The notes beneath the pieces are model-generated. The model ran no database searches, had not been told where the DNA came from, and saw only the letters and a list, made by a program, of their open reading frames with translations. From a virus (Duplodnaviria > Caudoviricetes): DNA of 64,000 bases. A program made the translations under genes and the position numbers. Below are positions 47,648-56,723 of the stretch, piece by piece; position 1 is the stretch's first letter, and every line of letters begins with the position of its first letter. The stretch lies in IMG/VR virus record IMGVR_UViG_3300036823_000389, positions 1,432-65,431 of that record, one strand, 5' to 3'.

Positions 47648-48408
47648 GCCGCCGCGTCCTCCGGCCAAAGTACTTGCTCGCCCTTACCGGCTCCTTCGAA
47701 TTCCCAATTCCAGACGGATGGCTTGCCGGTGACGATTTCTAGATAGGAGCCATCGACCTTTTCCCGCCGTACGAACTTGGCGACGAAGTTGAACTCGCCA
47801 CGCGTCTCGCAGCGCCAAACAGCGCCCTCTGGTGTTTCGAGTGCGCCGTGATGCCCGAATGGCCCCAAGGCCTTCAGAGCGTCCTCAACGGCGAAGGCCG
47901 GACCATCCGACAACACCGCAGCTGCGCGCAGATCACACTGCTTGAATAGCTCGCGCGCGCCGTCGTGGTTGTGCCGCGACTTTCCGCAGATCAGGTCGAA
48001 CGCGACCAACAGTTCGCCCTCGTCGGCGATCAAGTATCGCGTGCCGTGCGCCTGGGCGAGCCATTCGCCGGCGATGCGCGCACCTTTTGGAATGTGGCGC
48101 GAGAATCGAGCAGCGCGTTCCTGCACCCATTCGGCGAAGCGATGGTGCTGCACATAATGAGAATCAGCGGCGTGATAGCCAGCCCGGGTCAGCGGCACGA
48201 TCGCGCCGTCGATGTTCGCGATAGCGACACACGAACCGTCGAGCTTCTCGGTCACGATGATGCGGTCATGCCGGTCGCGGATCCTGTCGCACAGGATCGC
48301 GGCCTGGCCGGCGCCGATGCTCCAGTCTCCTGGACCCAACCGGCTGTTCGGCAGATGCGGGATGCTGCCGTATGCCTTTCGCGCGAGCGGTTTGCTGGGC
48401 TTGTTCAT
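47644..48408 (-). CDS. ATP-dependent RNA ligase-family nucleotidyltransferase
   Basis: Motif I TEKLDGS, GEW, AFDL, EGAV, KFV. Confidence 0.75.
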   Translation of the reverse strand: MNKPSKPLARKAYGSIPHLPNSRLGPGDWSIGAGQAAILCDRIRDRHDRIIVTEKLDGSCVAIANIDGAIVPLTRAGYHAADSHYVQHHRFAEWVQERAARFSRHIPKGARIAGEWLAQAHGTRYLIADEGELLVAFDLICGKSRHNHDGARELFKQCDLRAAAVLSDGPAFAVEDALKALGPFGHHGALETPEGAVWRCETRGEFNFVAKFVRREKVDGSYLEIVTGKPSVWNWEFEGAGKGEQVLWPEDAAA

Positions 48409-48746
48409 CGCGCCCTACCAGCCATCATTCGTGCGAGCGACGGTGGTTTGATCGTTGACGACATCGCAGCGGTGGCTGGGGTCGGCCTGACCGGCAGGCG
48501 CGCGAATTCGCCTTGGGCGACCTTCAAGAGGTGATTTCGGTTGGCGAGATGCAACAGGGCGCCGGCGATCGTCATCGTGCTGCAGCTGTCGCCACCAGTT
48601 CCAACCATGAAGGCGCGCAAGTCTTTGGCGCGAAAACTCGTGTGAGCGGCGCCATAGAGATTGGCGGCGAGCAAGACGCGCTCATGCACAGGGCCGAGCG
48701 CTTCAACGCTCTTCGCCTGCGGTAGTCGATGGAACGGTGTTCCCAT
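48405..48746 (-). CDS. Hypothetical, winged-helix-like protein
   Basis: Coupled ORF; TIAGALLHLANRNHLLKVAQGEF. Confidence 0.45.
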   Translation of the reverse strand: MGTPFHRLPQAKSVEALGPVHERVLLAANLYGAAHTSFRAKDLRAFMVGTGGDSCSTMTIAGALLHLANRNHLLKVAQGEFARLPVRPTPATAAMSSTIKPPSLARMMAGRAR

Positions 48747-49300
48747 CAGCGCGCACCCCTTAATTCCATGAACCGGTACGACCAGGCCTGCGCTGCATCG
48801 TTCGGCAGGAGAGGAACGAGCTCGCCCTCGACAGCCTCGTATCGTTCTAGGTTCCAATCACCGCATGGGTGCATGAGATGTTGACGCTCGAAGCGCAGAG
48901 CGCGGACGTCCGCGTATTTGACGTCTTTCGGCCAAGGGAAACTCAGACCGAACTTGCGTGCGATCACTCGCTCGATCCGCTGTTCGATCGTCTTGAAGTT
49001 CGGTAGATATTGTTTCAACGGCGAGACGACGTCGCCGACATAAGCTTCCGCAGCGTCGTGCAGGAGACCCGCCAAAGCGAACTCGCGCGGGACCAGCTTG
49101 CTGACCAGGACGCAGTGCTGCGCGACCGAATAGAACTCGCGGGTGTGACCCGCGAAGCGGCAGGTATTCGCCAAGCCGCGCGCGATATCGATCTCGACAA
49201 CCATGTCGACGGTAGGTCGCATGATGTCGAAATACCGGCCCGACGACGTGAGGATCGTCGAACCCTTCACGCCGGCAGGTGCTGCTGCGGAGCGGCTCAA
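48746..49300 (-). CDS. HD-domain phosphohydrolase (YfbR/YfdR-like)
   Basis: [27 protein letters not shown]. Confidence 0.88.
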   Translation of the reverse strand: MSRSAAAPAGVKGSTILTSSGRYFDIMRPTVDMVVEIDIARGLANTCRFAGHTREFYSVAQHCVLVSKLVPREFALAGLLHDAAEAYVGDVVSPLKQYLPNFKTIEQRIERVIARKFGLSFPWPKDVKYADVRALRFERQHLMHPCGDWNLERYEAVEGELVPLLPNDAAQAWSYRFMELRGAR

Positions 49301-49548
49301 GACTTCATCCCCAGCGCGCTGAGGTAGAGGTCGAGCATCGCCTCTTGCTCTTGGCGGTCGGCACTTTCCATTTTGCGAAGGCGGATGACCTGGCGCAGGA
49401 TTTTGGTGTCGAAGCCGGTGCCCTTGGCCTCGGAGTAGACTTCCTTGATGTCGTCGGCGAGTGCCTTCTTTTCCTCCTCAAGCCGCTCGATGCGCTCGCA
49501 ATAAGCGAGCAAATGTTCTTTCGCAAAACCTGACTTGGCCATATCCAT
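49297..49548 (-). CDS. gapR: GapR/DUF2312 nucleoid-associated protein
   Basis: [42 protein letters not shown]. Confidence 0.92.
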   Translation of the reverse strand: MDMAKSGFAKEHLLAYCERIERLEEEKKALADDIKEVYSEAKGTGFDTKILRQVIRLRKMESADRQEQEAMLDLYLSALGMKS

Positions 49549-49578
49549 CCCCTTCTTGCCCGCCCTGGGCGTGATCGT

Positions 49579-50025
49579 TCACGCCGCCAATTCGACGCGT
49601 GTGTCCTTCATGCGCAGCGGGATGCCCCAGCTGCGGATATGTGCGATTGCTTCGTCGATGTTCCGCGCCACGGCGCTCGGCATGCCGATTGTCGCGAGGT
49701 CCGCGTGCGCTTGGATCTGGTTGTCGTCGAGATCGCAGTCGTTGGTTTTCAGCTCAAGCCCATACGCGGCGCAGACGATGGCGTCGCCGAACTGCAAACG
49801 ATGCAGGAACACCACATCGTGCATGCCGGGCTTGATACCCATGGCCTTGAGGATTCCGGCTTCGGCACGCGTGCGGTATCCGCCGTTCGGGACGTGGAAG
49901 AAACGCGTCGCCGGCGTGAGGATCATGTCGAGCAACCGCACGAGCGCGATCTGAAAGTCCTGTTCAGTGCGGCGGCGGTTGCGGGCCGGCGACCGGCCTT
50001 GGCGGACTTTGACTGCCGCGCTCAT
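49579..50025 (-). CDS. VRR-NUC domain nuclease
   Basis: EQDFQ, FHVPNGG, GIKPGMHD, LELK, Q. Confidence 0.8.
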   Translation of the reverse strand: MSAAVKVRQGRSPARNRRRTEQDFQIALVRLLDMILTPATRFFHVPNGGYRTRAEAGILKAMGIKPGMHDVVFLHRLQFGDAIVCAAYGLELKTNDCDLDDNQIQAHADLATIGMPSAVARNIDEAIAHIRSWGIPLRMKDTRVELAA

Positions 50026-50284
50026 AGCGACAAATCCTTCTCGGCAATCATGCCGAACAAACGGCACAGGCCGATCAAATAGGCTGCGCGCGCGGGCTCG
50101 GAGATTGCGGTGCAAGCGGCCAGATCGGCGTGCACGCGATGGGCGTTGATCCCACGGAACGTCTCGCTGCGTGGCATCTTGCTGGCGTCGAGCCATGAAA
50201 TGCAGATCGCGCGAAAGCCCTCACCCGACGGCGTCTCAGTAACCTTTATGCCGGCGATATCTTGGGCACAGGGCAGGAGAGCGG

Positions 50285-50794
50285 TCACCGCGCACCTCCG
50301 AACAGCTCGGTCATCGCGTCATCGCAGGCTTCGCCAGCGTGATGCTCAGCACAGTCCGACGCTTGCTGCTGGCGCGTAAAGAAGTCGGCGACCTGGCTCA
50401 TGCCCTCCATGAATTCCGGGTCGGTCATCGGACCGGTCAGGCCGATCAGACGCGCGACGTGGGCGCGGACGCGCGCATTGCGGCGCGCCCAGTTGATCAG
50501 CCGCACGGTCTGGATGGCGCTCTCGCCGTTTTTCTGGCTCTCGATGGCGCGCGGGGTCGATCCTTGTTCTTCGGCGGCGCGTTCGGTGCCGAACTCCAGC
50601 ACGATCAGCTGGGTCTCCCGGATGAGCTCGTTGTTGGTGATCGGCGGGAGCGAAGTCTCCTTCGCATTTTCCACGGAAGACTTCCGGGCGCCCAGCCCCA
50701 CAAAAGTTCCGCGCGCCTGCTCGGTAAGAGTTGCGGGCGCCCGGCGCGGAAGACCGTTGCTGAATTTTCCCGATTGGAATGCAGCCGCGCCCAT
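50285..50794 (-). CDS. Hypothetical regulator in a CII-like position
   Basis: GGAGA RBS; HTH-like TERAAEEQGSTPRAIESQKNGES. Confidence 0.45.
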   Translation of the reverse strand: MGAAAFQSGKFSNGLPRRAPATLTEQARGTFVGLGARKSSVENAKETSLPPITNNELIRETQLIVLEFGTERAAEEQGSTPRAIESQKNGESAIQTVRLINWARRNARVRAHVARLIGLTGPMTDPEFMEGMSQVADFFTRQQQASDCAEHHAGEACDDAMTELFGGAR

Positions 50795-51300
50795 TCAAAT
50801 CTCCCCGCGCGGTGCAACGCCGCGTGTTCGATTACCCGCCGACTTGGCGCCGTGCTCGAGGGCTCGGCGTCCTTTTTGAAGAGGGATTTGAGATGCCACG
50901 TTCATCGCGCACCCATCAGTTCGGCCTGGGATGCTTTCCGAAGCCGGCTCTGCATTTGCTCGTGATGGCGCTCGACGGCGCGCGCGGAACGCTGCCGCTG
51001 CAAGGCCTCGCGACCCTTCGGCGTGATCGAAACGGACACGCTGAGCAGCCCGCGAGCCGCGAGATGGGCGATCGTCTCGTGCCCGACGAACGCGGGAAAC
51101 GCGGTGAACGCGACAGGCTTGTCGATCGCACCGGCCAGGTTGAGCGCGCCGAGTTGCTTTTTGGAGAAGCCGCTCATGCACCATCACCACCGGTTTCGTC
51201 GGCCCACGCCTGGACAGGTGGCGAGCCGGCCGGAGCCTTGACGGTTCGGCCGGACTCGCCGTCCGCTGCGGTTGTCGAGACACACAGCGAAGGAGAATTC

Positions 51301-51540
51301 ATGCCCGCCCCCATCGGAACGGACCTGCACGTCGTCGCAGAATGGAGCGTTGGTCCGAAGACGGATCGACCGGGGATCATTCTGATCCTCCAGCATCTTT
51401 CGCTCGCCGACTTAAGCCCGGGAGCAGCGCTGACTCAGACAGCGGTGATTCTGACACCGCAGCAGGCGAGCCTGCTCGCGGCTGACTTGGTACGAAATGC
51501 TGCGCTATTTCCGTCAAGTCCCAGCAGCGCGACCAACTAG
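51301..51540 (+). CDS. Antisense-oriented small protein, BssS-like
   Basis: Strong AAGGAG RBS; HVVAEWSV...IILILQHL...VILTPQQA..L. Confidence 0.5.
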   Translation: MPAPIGTDLHVVAEWSVGPKTDRPGIILILQHLSLADLSPGAALTQTAVILTPQQASLLAADLVRNAALFPSSPSSATN

Positions 51541-51691
51541 GGCCGGCCGAAATCAGATGGGGTGGCAAACCAAAGAATTTGGCGATGTCGGCGATGGCAA
51601 ACTTGCGAACGTCGAGCGCGGCGGCATCACCAACGGACAAATCCAGCGGTGCGAAGGCGACGGGCGCGGCGATGTCGTGAGGGACGCTCAT
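51377..51691 (-). CDS. Small protein containing a portal-like peptide
   Basis: ATGA-coupled to cro; FAPLDLSVGDAAALDVRKFAIADIAKFFGLPPHLI. Confidence 0.55.
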   Translation of the reverse strand: MSVPHDIAAPVAFAPLDLSVGDAAALDVRKFAIADIAKFFGLPPHLISAGPSWSRCWDLTEIAQHFVPSQPRAGSPAAVSESPLSESALLPGLSRRAKDAGGSE

Positions 51692-51918
51692 GCTGCCCTC
51701 CGTGGTTTGGAGGTAGGGCGCACAACTGCGGGAATTTCAAAAAAATCGTTGGGCGTTACGTCGCCCTCGGTAAGTTCGGTGAGCTTTTGCAGCACCGCCG
51801 GTTCTGGAACCCTGTCCCGCTCGTACCGGCCAACTGCAACGGAACTTACGCCCAGCAAAGAGCCGAGTGCCTCTTGGCTTAGTCCCTTTTCAACACGCCA
51901 TGCTTTCAGTCGGCTCAT
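51688..51918 (-). CDS. cro: Cro-like XRE regulator
   Basis: LSQEALGSLLGVSSVAVGRYE, G.VTPNDF; divergent from cI. Confidence 0.88.
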   Translation of the reverse strand: MSRLKAWRVEKGLSQEALGSLLGVSSVAVGRYERDRVPEPAVLQKLTELTEGDVTPNDFFEIPAVVRPTSKPRRAA

Positions 51919-51925
51919 GCAGCAT

Positions 51926-51990
51926 GACATAACCAATACGGTATATTTGTCAACCGATACGGTTATTGCAACGCTTGAACCGGTGCGGTT
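51926..51990. promoter_or_regulatory. OR operator region with PR promoter
   Basis: AACC-N5-GGT(T)-type sites at 51931, 51952 and 51978; minus-strand TTGACA(51953)-16-TATGTC. Confidence 0.8.
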
Positions 51991-51999
51991 CCTTGGCGC

Positions 52000-52620
52000 A
52001 TGAACGCGATTGCCCAATTACGAGCGGAGCGCGGCTGGTCCCAAGAGGATCTAGCGGAAAAGCTCAACACGACTGCGGTCTCAGTCGGACGTTATGAAAA
52101 GCAGGATCAACGGCTGACGCTGCCACTTATGCGAAGGGTGGCGAAGGTTTTTCGCGTTTCGGTCGCCCAAGTAGCTGGCGAAGCAAGCAGCACGCCGCTC
52201 GACCACACTGGCGTGCCTGTCTACGACGTCCGTGCCGCCGCCGGCGCTGGAGCTTTTTTAGTGGATGAACAGAGCGAGCCATCGCACTACCTAATGTTTC
52301 GCGAGCAATGGTTGCGGCGAGTCTCGCGCGATATTTCACAGCTTATAGTGCTGGAGGTGTCGGGTGATTCAATGTGGGATACACTCCATGATGGTGATCA
52401 CGCTTTAGTTGATCGGTCACAGCTTAACCCACGTAGAGAAGGCCTTTACGTCCTAAGAATTGACGACGTGCTCCAAGTCAAAAGGCTTTCGATGCACCCC
52501 GTATCAAAGCTTCTGACAATCAAGAGTGATAACGCGAATTACCCGACTTATTCCGACATAAATCCCGACGATATTGCGCTGGTTGGCAGAGTTGTTTGGA
52601 TAGGGAGGGCACTGGGATGA
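52000..52620 (+). CDS. cI: CI-like repressor (XRE HTH plus S24 autopeptidase)
   Basis: WSQEDLAEKL, AAAGAG cleavage region, VSGDSM (Ser), VKRL (Lys). Confidence 0.93.
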   Translation: MNAIAQLRAERGWSQEDLAEKLNTTAVSVGRYEKQDQRLTLPLMRRVAKVFRVSVAQVAGEASSTPLDHTGVPVYDVRAAAGAGAFLVDEQSEPSHYLMFREQWLRRVSRDISQLIVLEVSGDSMWDTLHDGDHALVDRSQLNPRREGLYVLRIDDVLQVKRLSMHPVSKLLTIKSDNANYPTYSDINPDDIALVGRVVWIGRALG

Positions 52621-53252
52621 GTGCACGCACACCGCTTTTCTCAACTTTGGCAATTCTAATCGTGCTCGGTTGCTTTGCTAGCGCGCAGGGAGCTACAGAC
52701 TTTGGGAAATTGGGTCATGTGACGGGCAACGGGTTTATTGCCACCTTCGCGGGCAAAACCGCCGATGGATATACATTTTCGATAGACCGCGATGGCATAG
52801 GTTCGGTCCGCGGTCCGGGAATAGACGATTACTGGACGGTTCATTGCAGAACCGACCAGATGACCGATCAGCGCATTTGCATTCTCGATTGGGAATTCAG
52901 CCTGTTTCTGCGCTTTGCGTTTACATATCCGGCCTTCCCCGCTGAAATCTGCGTCACCAACACTGATTATATGATCGGCCGTCCGATGATGAGGATAGAC
53001 GAGCATTTGCCGTTTGAAGGCAGTCCAGGCGCTTGTTTCAAACGAGAGCAAATCCCACAGATAATGAACGCTATGCACTCGGAGAATCGCATACGGGTGC
53101 GCACGAATCACATTGCGAACACGCGCATTGTTGACGTGGATGGGCGTGCTACGAGGGCCTATGCGATCGCGCGCGACCTAGTTCAATTTCTATTCTATAA
53201 ATCAGACGCGGGAATTTTATGGCGCCGCCTCCCGGCCCCGCACCATATATAA
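52617..53252 (+). CDS. Exported protein coupled to cI (rex/sie position)
   Basis: ATGA overlap with the cI stop; signal peptide LAILIVLGCFASAQG; visibly lower GC. Confidence 0.65.
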   Translation: MSARTPLFSTLAILIVLGCFASAQGATDFGKLGHVTGNGFIATFAGKTADGYTFSIDRDGIGSVRGPGIDDYWTVHCRTDQMTDQRICILDWEFSLFLRFAFTYPAFPAEICVTNTDYMIGRPMMRIDEHLPFEGSPGACFKREQIPQIMNAMHSENRIRVRTNHIANTRIVDVDGRATRAYAIARDLVQFLFYKSDAGILWRRLPAPHHI

Positions 53253-53289
53253 CCGTATCGGTTGACATATAACCAATACGGTTTATAAC
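53251..53289 (+). promoter_or_regulatory. OL operators and PL promoter
   Basis: AACCGTATCGGTT (53251) and AACCAATACGGTT (53271) match the OR sites; TTGACA(53262)-16-TATAAC. Confidence 0.85.
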
Positions 53290-53327
53290 GTCTCCCAACC
53301 CCGCATCGACGGGTTTGGAGAGACGGA

Positions 53328-53588
53328 ATGGCAGACCATGATCGCGTCGCTGAAAATGTCGGCTGCAATGGCAGCCCCGGTATCGAGGCCGAGCTTTCGC
53401 GCTTGACGGCAGAGTATGCCGGCTGGTGCGAAGCACAGGGTCTCAGCCTCGGAAGCGCCGACGAACACCTTGACGACGAAGACTTGAGCGATGCTCAGCG
53501 CACGTGGTTGTGTAATTTCAACGCTCGCTGGGAAGCGGCGTCTCCAGTTCACACGGGTCGCGGCTTTGTCCGTCAGGGCGATCTGTGA
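53328..53588 (+). CDS. First PL-operon hypothetical protein
   Basis: GGAGA RBS; acidic 86-aa ORF. Confidence 0.6.
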   Translation: MADHDRVAENVGCNGSPGIEAELSRLTAEYAGWCEAQGLSLGSADEHLDDEDLSDAQRTWLCNFNARWEAASPVHTGRGFVRQGDL

Positions 53589-54121
53589 TGTTTGGCGCCG
53601 CACCGAGAACTGCGCCGACACCGGAAGACCTCCGGATATTCCAGCGCAACATGCGCCGTATCGAGCGCTGGATCGATGATACCTGTCCGGACATCTCGCC
53701 TGACCACATGCCTGGGCTGCGCGCGGTCTTGGAACGCGCCATGCGAGATTACCTGCAGTTCGCGCCCAGCGACGACGCGGAACTCATCGATCTCCATAGC
53801 GAAGACGCGTGGCTGTCATTCTTAGCGGACAACCGCGAGGGATTGGAGGCTTGTGGGTTTTCGTCGGACCACGCGCGCTGGATGGCGGTTGAAAGGGGCG
53901 GCTTGGTCATCGGCGGCGGCGCCGCACCGCTCTATCGCGTTCGGCTGAAGATCGAAGACGCCGCCGAGCGCTGGAAAGCCGACGCCGCTGCATTTTGGGC
54001 GACACCCGGAACACCCCTGGTCAACGCTCAAGAAGTGCAACCCATCGCTCCAATTCAGCAAGCGTTGAACGATGGGCCGAGCCCGGCGCCGTCGCGACAG
54101 CCTGACGGAGGCGTTCGGTGA
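53585..54121 (+). CDS. Hypothetical protein
   Basis: Overlap-coupled ORF. Confidence 0.55.
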   Translation: MMFGAAPRTAPTPEDLRIFQRNMRRIERWIDDTCPDISPDHMPGLRAVLERAMRDYLQFAPSDDAELIDLHSEDAWLSFLADNREGLEACGFSSDHARWMAVERGGLVIGGGAAPLYRVRLKIEDAAERWKADAAAFWATPGTPLVNAQEVQPIAPIQQALNDGPSPAPSRQPDGGVR

Positions 54122-54263
54122 TGTCGCGAGCGACGTCGGCGCGCATGTTTCCGATTCCTGTGACGATGGCCAACAGGCCCATCGAGCAGGCCTCGATCCG
54201 AGCTTCCAACGTCTTCTGGTTGGTCTCCAGCGCCATCAAGCGGCGCTCGATGTCATCAGCCAT
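54021..54263 (-). CDS. Antisense-oriented coiled-coil small protein
   Basis: Purine-rich RBS; MADDIERRLMALETNQKTLEARIE heptad pattern. Confidence 0.45.
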   Translation of the reverse strand: MADDIERRLMALETNQKTLEARIEACSMGLLAIVTGIGNMRADVARDITERLRQAVATAPGSAHRSTLAELERWVALLER

Positions 54264-54844
54264 CGCATTTTCTCTTTCGTTGGGCTTCGCAACTCCAACG
54301 AAGGGCGAGTCGGACGGCACCGTCAAGGAAACGGCCGGCTCGCCCACTTTCTGCGGGGCGGCGCCGCGATGAACGCCATGTCCAACTCCTGCACATGGGC
54401 GGCGCGCCTGCGGTTCGCAGCATTCGTGATCGCGTCGGCGCTGCTGACGCTGGCCTTGGGCTACTACCTGCTCACCGAGGGCGCGATATGATCCGGCGCC
54501 TACTCATCTTCTGCTGTCTCCGTCTCACCGCATACTTGAGCGGCTGGCGCATCGATGCTGACGGATGGTGGACGCGCCCGCTACGCAAGGGCGACACGCC
54601 TATTGGTGACTCCGCGATTGGCTTTCTCGCAGATCATTCTCTGCCAGGCGAGCCAGCCGGACCGTATGTCCGCACGGCGGCTTTGGCACTCGCATATGAC
54701 GGGGCCGCAGCATGAGCTCGGACCTCCACAAATCTCCACCCGTCTTCATGCCAATGCAGCTCAAGCTGCTTATCGCCGGGTTGGTGATCTTGTTTGTCGG
54801 TGGCGCGGCAATCGCTGTTTCAATTTTAGCGAAAGGCTGACGCC

Positions 54845-55123
54845 ATGAAGAGACGCCGTTCCAATGCGACCGCGCCAAAACCCTCTCTTGCCCTCACGCA
54901 GATTCGTCATCGCCAGAGCCTGATGACGTCCGACGAGGTGGACGACGAGTTGGTGAAGACGATCATCCAGGCGATCGAAGATCGCGGCACATTGCAGGAT
55001 TTCGACCTCAAGCGCGCCGACGTGCTTCCCGAACTCATTACCAAGGATCGCATCAAGCGCTGCATGGTGCTCGCCGAAGATCGCGTGCCGCGGCTGCGCC
55101 ACATGCGCCGGGAGGCGGCATGA
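54845..55123 (+). CDS. Hypothetical protein
   Basis: AAAGG RBS; one of several small coupled PL ORFs between 54369 and 55668. Confidence 0.5.
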   Translation: MKRRRSNATAPKPSLALTQIRHRQSLMTSDEVDDELVKTIIQAIEDRGTLQDFDLKRADVLPELITKDRIKRCMVLAEDRVPRLRHMRREAA

Positions 55124-55763
55124 GCGCGCGCAAACCGACACAGGCGTGGCTTTGGACGACGGACGCCATCGCCGGCGCCGTGACGCTGGGCATCATCTAC
55201 GCCGTCATCTGCTGCCTGCCGCTGATCGCGCCATACGGAATCGTGGACCGGTTCAGCACACCATGAGGGCACTTCAATGACGATCGAGCGACAAGCCGCG
55301 CGCGAAGCCGCCCTTAAGGAACACATCATGTCGATGCCGGCGGAGCTGTTGCGCGCCTATCTGTGCGAGCACGTCGACGGCGCCGCCGCGATCACCGTGG
55401 AGACGCTGATCGTGGCGCTGCACGGTCAGTCGAAGATGCCGGCCATCGCATCCAACACCGGGGCGGCGAGCCCATGACCCGCCGCCGACCCAGGATCTCC
55501 ATCACCCGCGGCGGATGCGAGAGATGCACCGCGACCTGGCAAGGCGAGAACGCTCACATGCTCGCGGCGCGGCACCACGAGCTGATGGGACACCCGACAT
55601 GGTCGCAGACATCGGGCGGGAACCGCCATTGCTACCCGACCGCCGGGCAACCGGAGAGGCTGCTCTGATGATCGCTAACCGCAACCGACTGCGCAATGCA
55701 TCGGAATCCGAACCGTTTCATACCCGCCGGCACTGATACCGGCCAACCTTGGAGCCTGAGACC

Positions 55764-56681
55764 ATGAACGCACACGTAAAGCCGCATGCCACAGCGCCGA
55801 CGCTGATCAGACCGGACGCGAGTTCGCCCGTCTTCAAGGTGACCGACCGCGACAGCCTAGTCGTGAAGGCCGGAACGACCTTCGCCGCTCACACCTTCGC
55901 CGGAGACACTGCGGTTCCGCTTCACCTCAACGCCGGTGCCGAGCCCGGGTATGTCCCGGGCGCCGATTATGTCGTCAACTTCGATGGCACCACTCTGTCG
56001 GTCGCGCGCCTGACCGGTATCCCGGATGGCGAGACGTTGCTCGGTGGCTTCCACTACGCGCCAGGCGGCAATGCGCCAGCGCGCAGCGGCGGCGACGATA
56101 TCCCCGCGATCAATCCCTTCTCGCTGTGGGACATCGCATTCCGGCCCTCCTGCCCCGACCCGCGCGGGATGGCGCTGGTCGAGACGCCCAGTGGCTGCTT
56201 CTGGTGCGACATTTACCTGACCGGATCGAATCATCTGGCCGACGGCACGAGCAAGTTCGGCGTGACCATCGCCGATGGCAATGACCCGCCGCACGATGCC
56301 AATGGCACGAAGTACAGAAGGTTCGACTTTGCGACGGCGCAGGCCGCGATGGTGTCGCATGGCAAGGGGTTGCTCAGCATCGAGGAGTTCTTCGGCGCGG
56401 CATTCGGCGTCACCGAGAAAACGGCGGCGGCACGCGACCCGAAAACCACCGGCCTCGACGCAGCGCGCACTAGCCGCTTCGGCCTGATGCAGGCGACGGG
56501 CAATCTGTGGATCTGGGGCCACGACGCCGACCCCGACATGCCGCGTGCTTCGCTCTTCGGCGGGTCCTGGCTCGGCGACGAGGACGCGGGCTCGCGCTAC
56601 GCGGACCTCGGCTACTGGCCGGGCGACTCGGACGGCGGCGTCGGCGCGCGCGGGCGCAGTGACCACCTGCAGCTTGCATAG
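55764..56681 (+). CDS. DGR target 1: Mtd-like C-type lectin-fold protein (305 aa)
   Basis: GGFHYAPG, IN.FSLWD..FRP...DPRGM, FWCDIYL, GTSK, QATGNLW.WG, GARG..DHL.L resemble BPP-1 Mtd; C-terminal VR. Confidence 0.92.
   Translation: MNAHVKPHATAPTLIRPDASSPVFKVTDRDSLVVKAGTTFAAHTFAGDTAVPLHLNAGAEPGYVPGADYVVNFDGTTLSVARLTGIPDGETLLGGFHYAPGGNAPARSGGDDIPAINPFSLWDIAFRPSCPDPRGMALVETPSGCFWCDIYLTGSNHLADGTSKFGVTIADGNDPPHDANGTKYRRFDFATAQAAMVSHGKGLLSIEEFFGAAFGVTEKTAAARDPKTTGLDAARTSRFGLMQATGNLWIWGHDADPDMPRASLFGGSWLGDEDAGSRYADLGYWPGDSDGGVGARGRSDHLQLA
56538..56663 (+). repeat. DGR variable repeat VR1
   Basis: 126-nt ungapped match to TR; 15 mismatches, 14 at TR adenines (hand alignment). Confidence 0.95.
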
Positions 56682-56700
56682 AAGCCGCGACAGCGGCTTC
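56681..56700 (+). promoter_or_regulatory. DGR target-recognition hairpin 1
   Basis: GAAGCCGC-GACA-GCGGCTTC, a perfect 8-bp stem directly after the IMH. Confidence 0.85.
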
Positions 56701-56723
56701 CCAAAACTCTCAACAGGGACACC

